A stretch of 64,000 nucleotides of DNA from Enoplolaimus lenunculus. Lineage: Eukaryota. Position 1 is the stretch's first letter. Each line of letters starts with the position of its first letter. The notes beneath the pieces were generated by a model. That model did not search any database. It was not told the origin of the DNA and saw nothing but the letters and a program-made list of their open reading frames with translations. Positions 63,845-64,000 of this stretch are shown here, in pieces. Position numbers and translations under genes: made by a program. The stretch covers positions 124,001 to 188,000 of the forward strand of contig JASANG010000440.1 in NCBI GenBank assembly GCA_030248215.1, read 5' to 3'.

Positions 63845-64000
63845 GTGAGTAAGAACTAGTGAGATATAGAGAGAAGGGGAGCAGGGAGTGTTGAACGACG
63901 ACTGGGAGACTTAGGTGAAAAAGGAGGGGTGGATGAAAGAGAGTGGTAGTAGGTATAGGAACATGGATATATGAGTTTGAACAGAGGAGAGAGTGGGTCA

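Noticed and set aside
1..64000. Autonomous transposase or reverse transcriptase
   Set aside because: No ORF or fragment with DDE, RT or Rep/Hel motifs was recognised; all elements appear non-autonomous.

Overview
This is AT-rich, intron-dense eukaryotic DNA, most likely from a nematode (inferred from abundant TTAGGC telomere-type repeats and TTTCAG/TTTTAG splice acceptors). Four multi-exon protein-coding genes can be reconstructed by hand with phase-consistent splice junctions. Two are complete, tandem, diverged alkylglycerol monooxygenase (AGMO) paralogs on the minus strand (615-11805 and 15246-27703; 12 coding exons each, identical intron positions). The third is a complete CCDC186/CCCP-1 coiled-coil gene on the minus strand (33178-49923; 16 coding exons). 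The fourth is the 5' part of PI4KA on the plus strand (52711 to the window end), head-to-head with CCDC186, with two GC-AG introns. Introns and intergenic DNA hold many non-autonomous DNA transposons of about ten families. The most striking is a family of about 20 copies with GGCC termini, 8-bp target-site duplications and internal (TTAGGC)n arrays. A TTAA-flanked (piggyBac-type) MITE carries a tRNA-like Pol III promoter. No transposase, CRISPR array or intact RNA gene was seen. Family assignments come from my recognition of the sequences, not from database searches.
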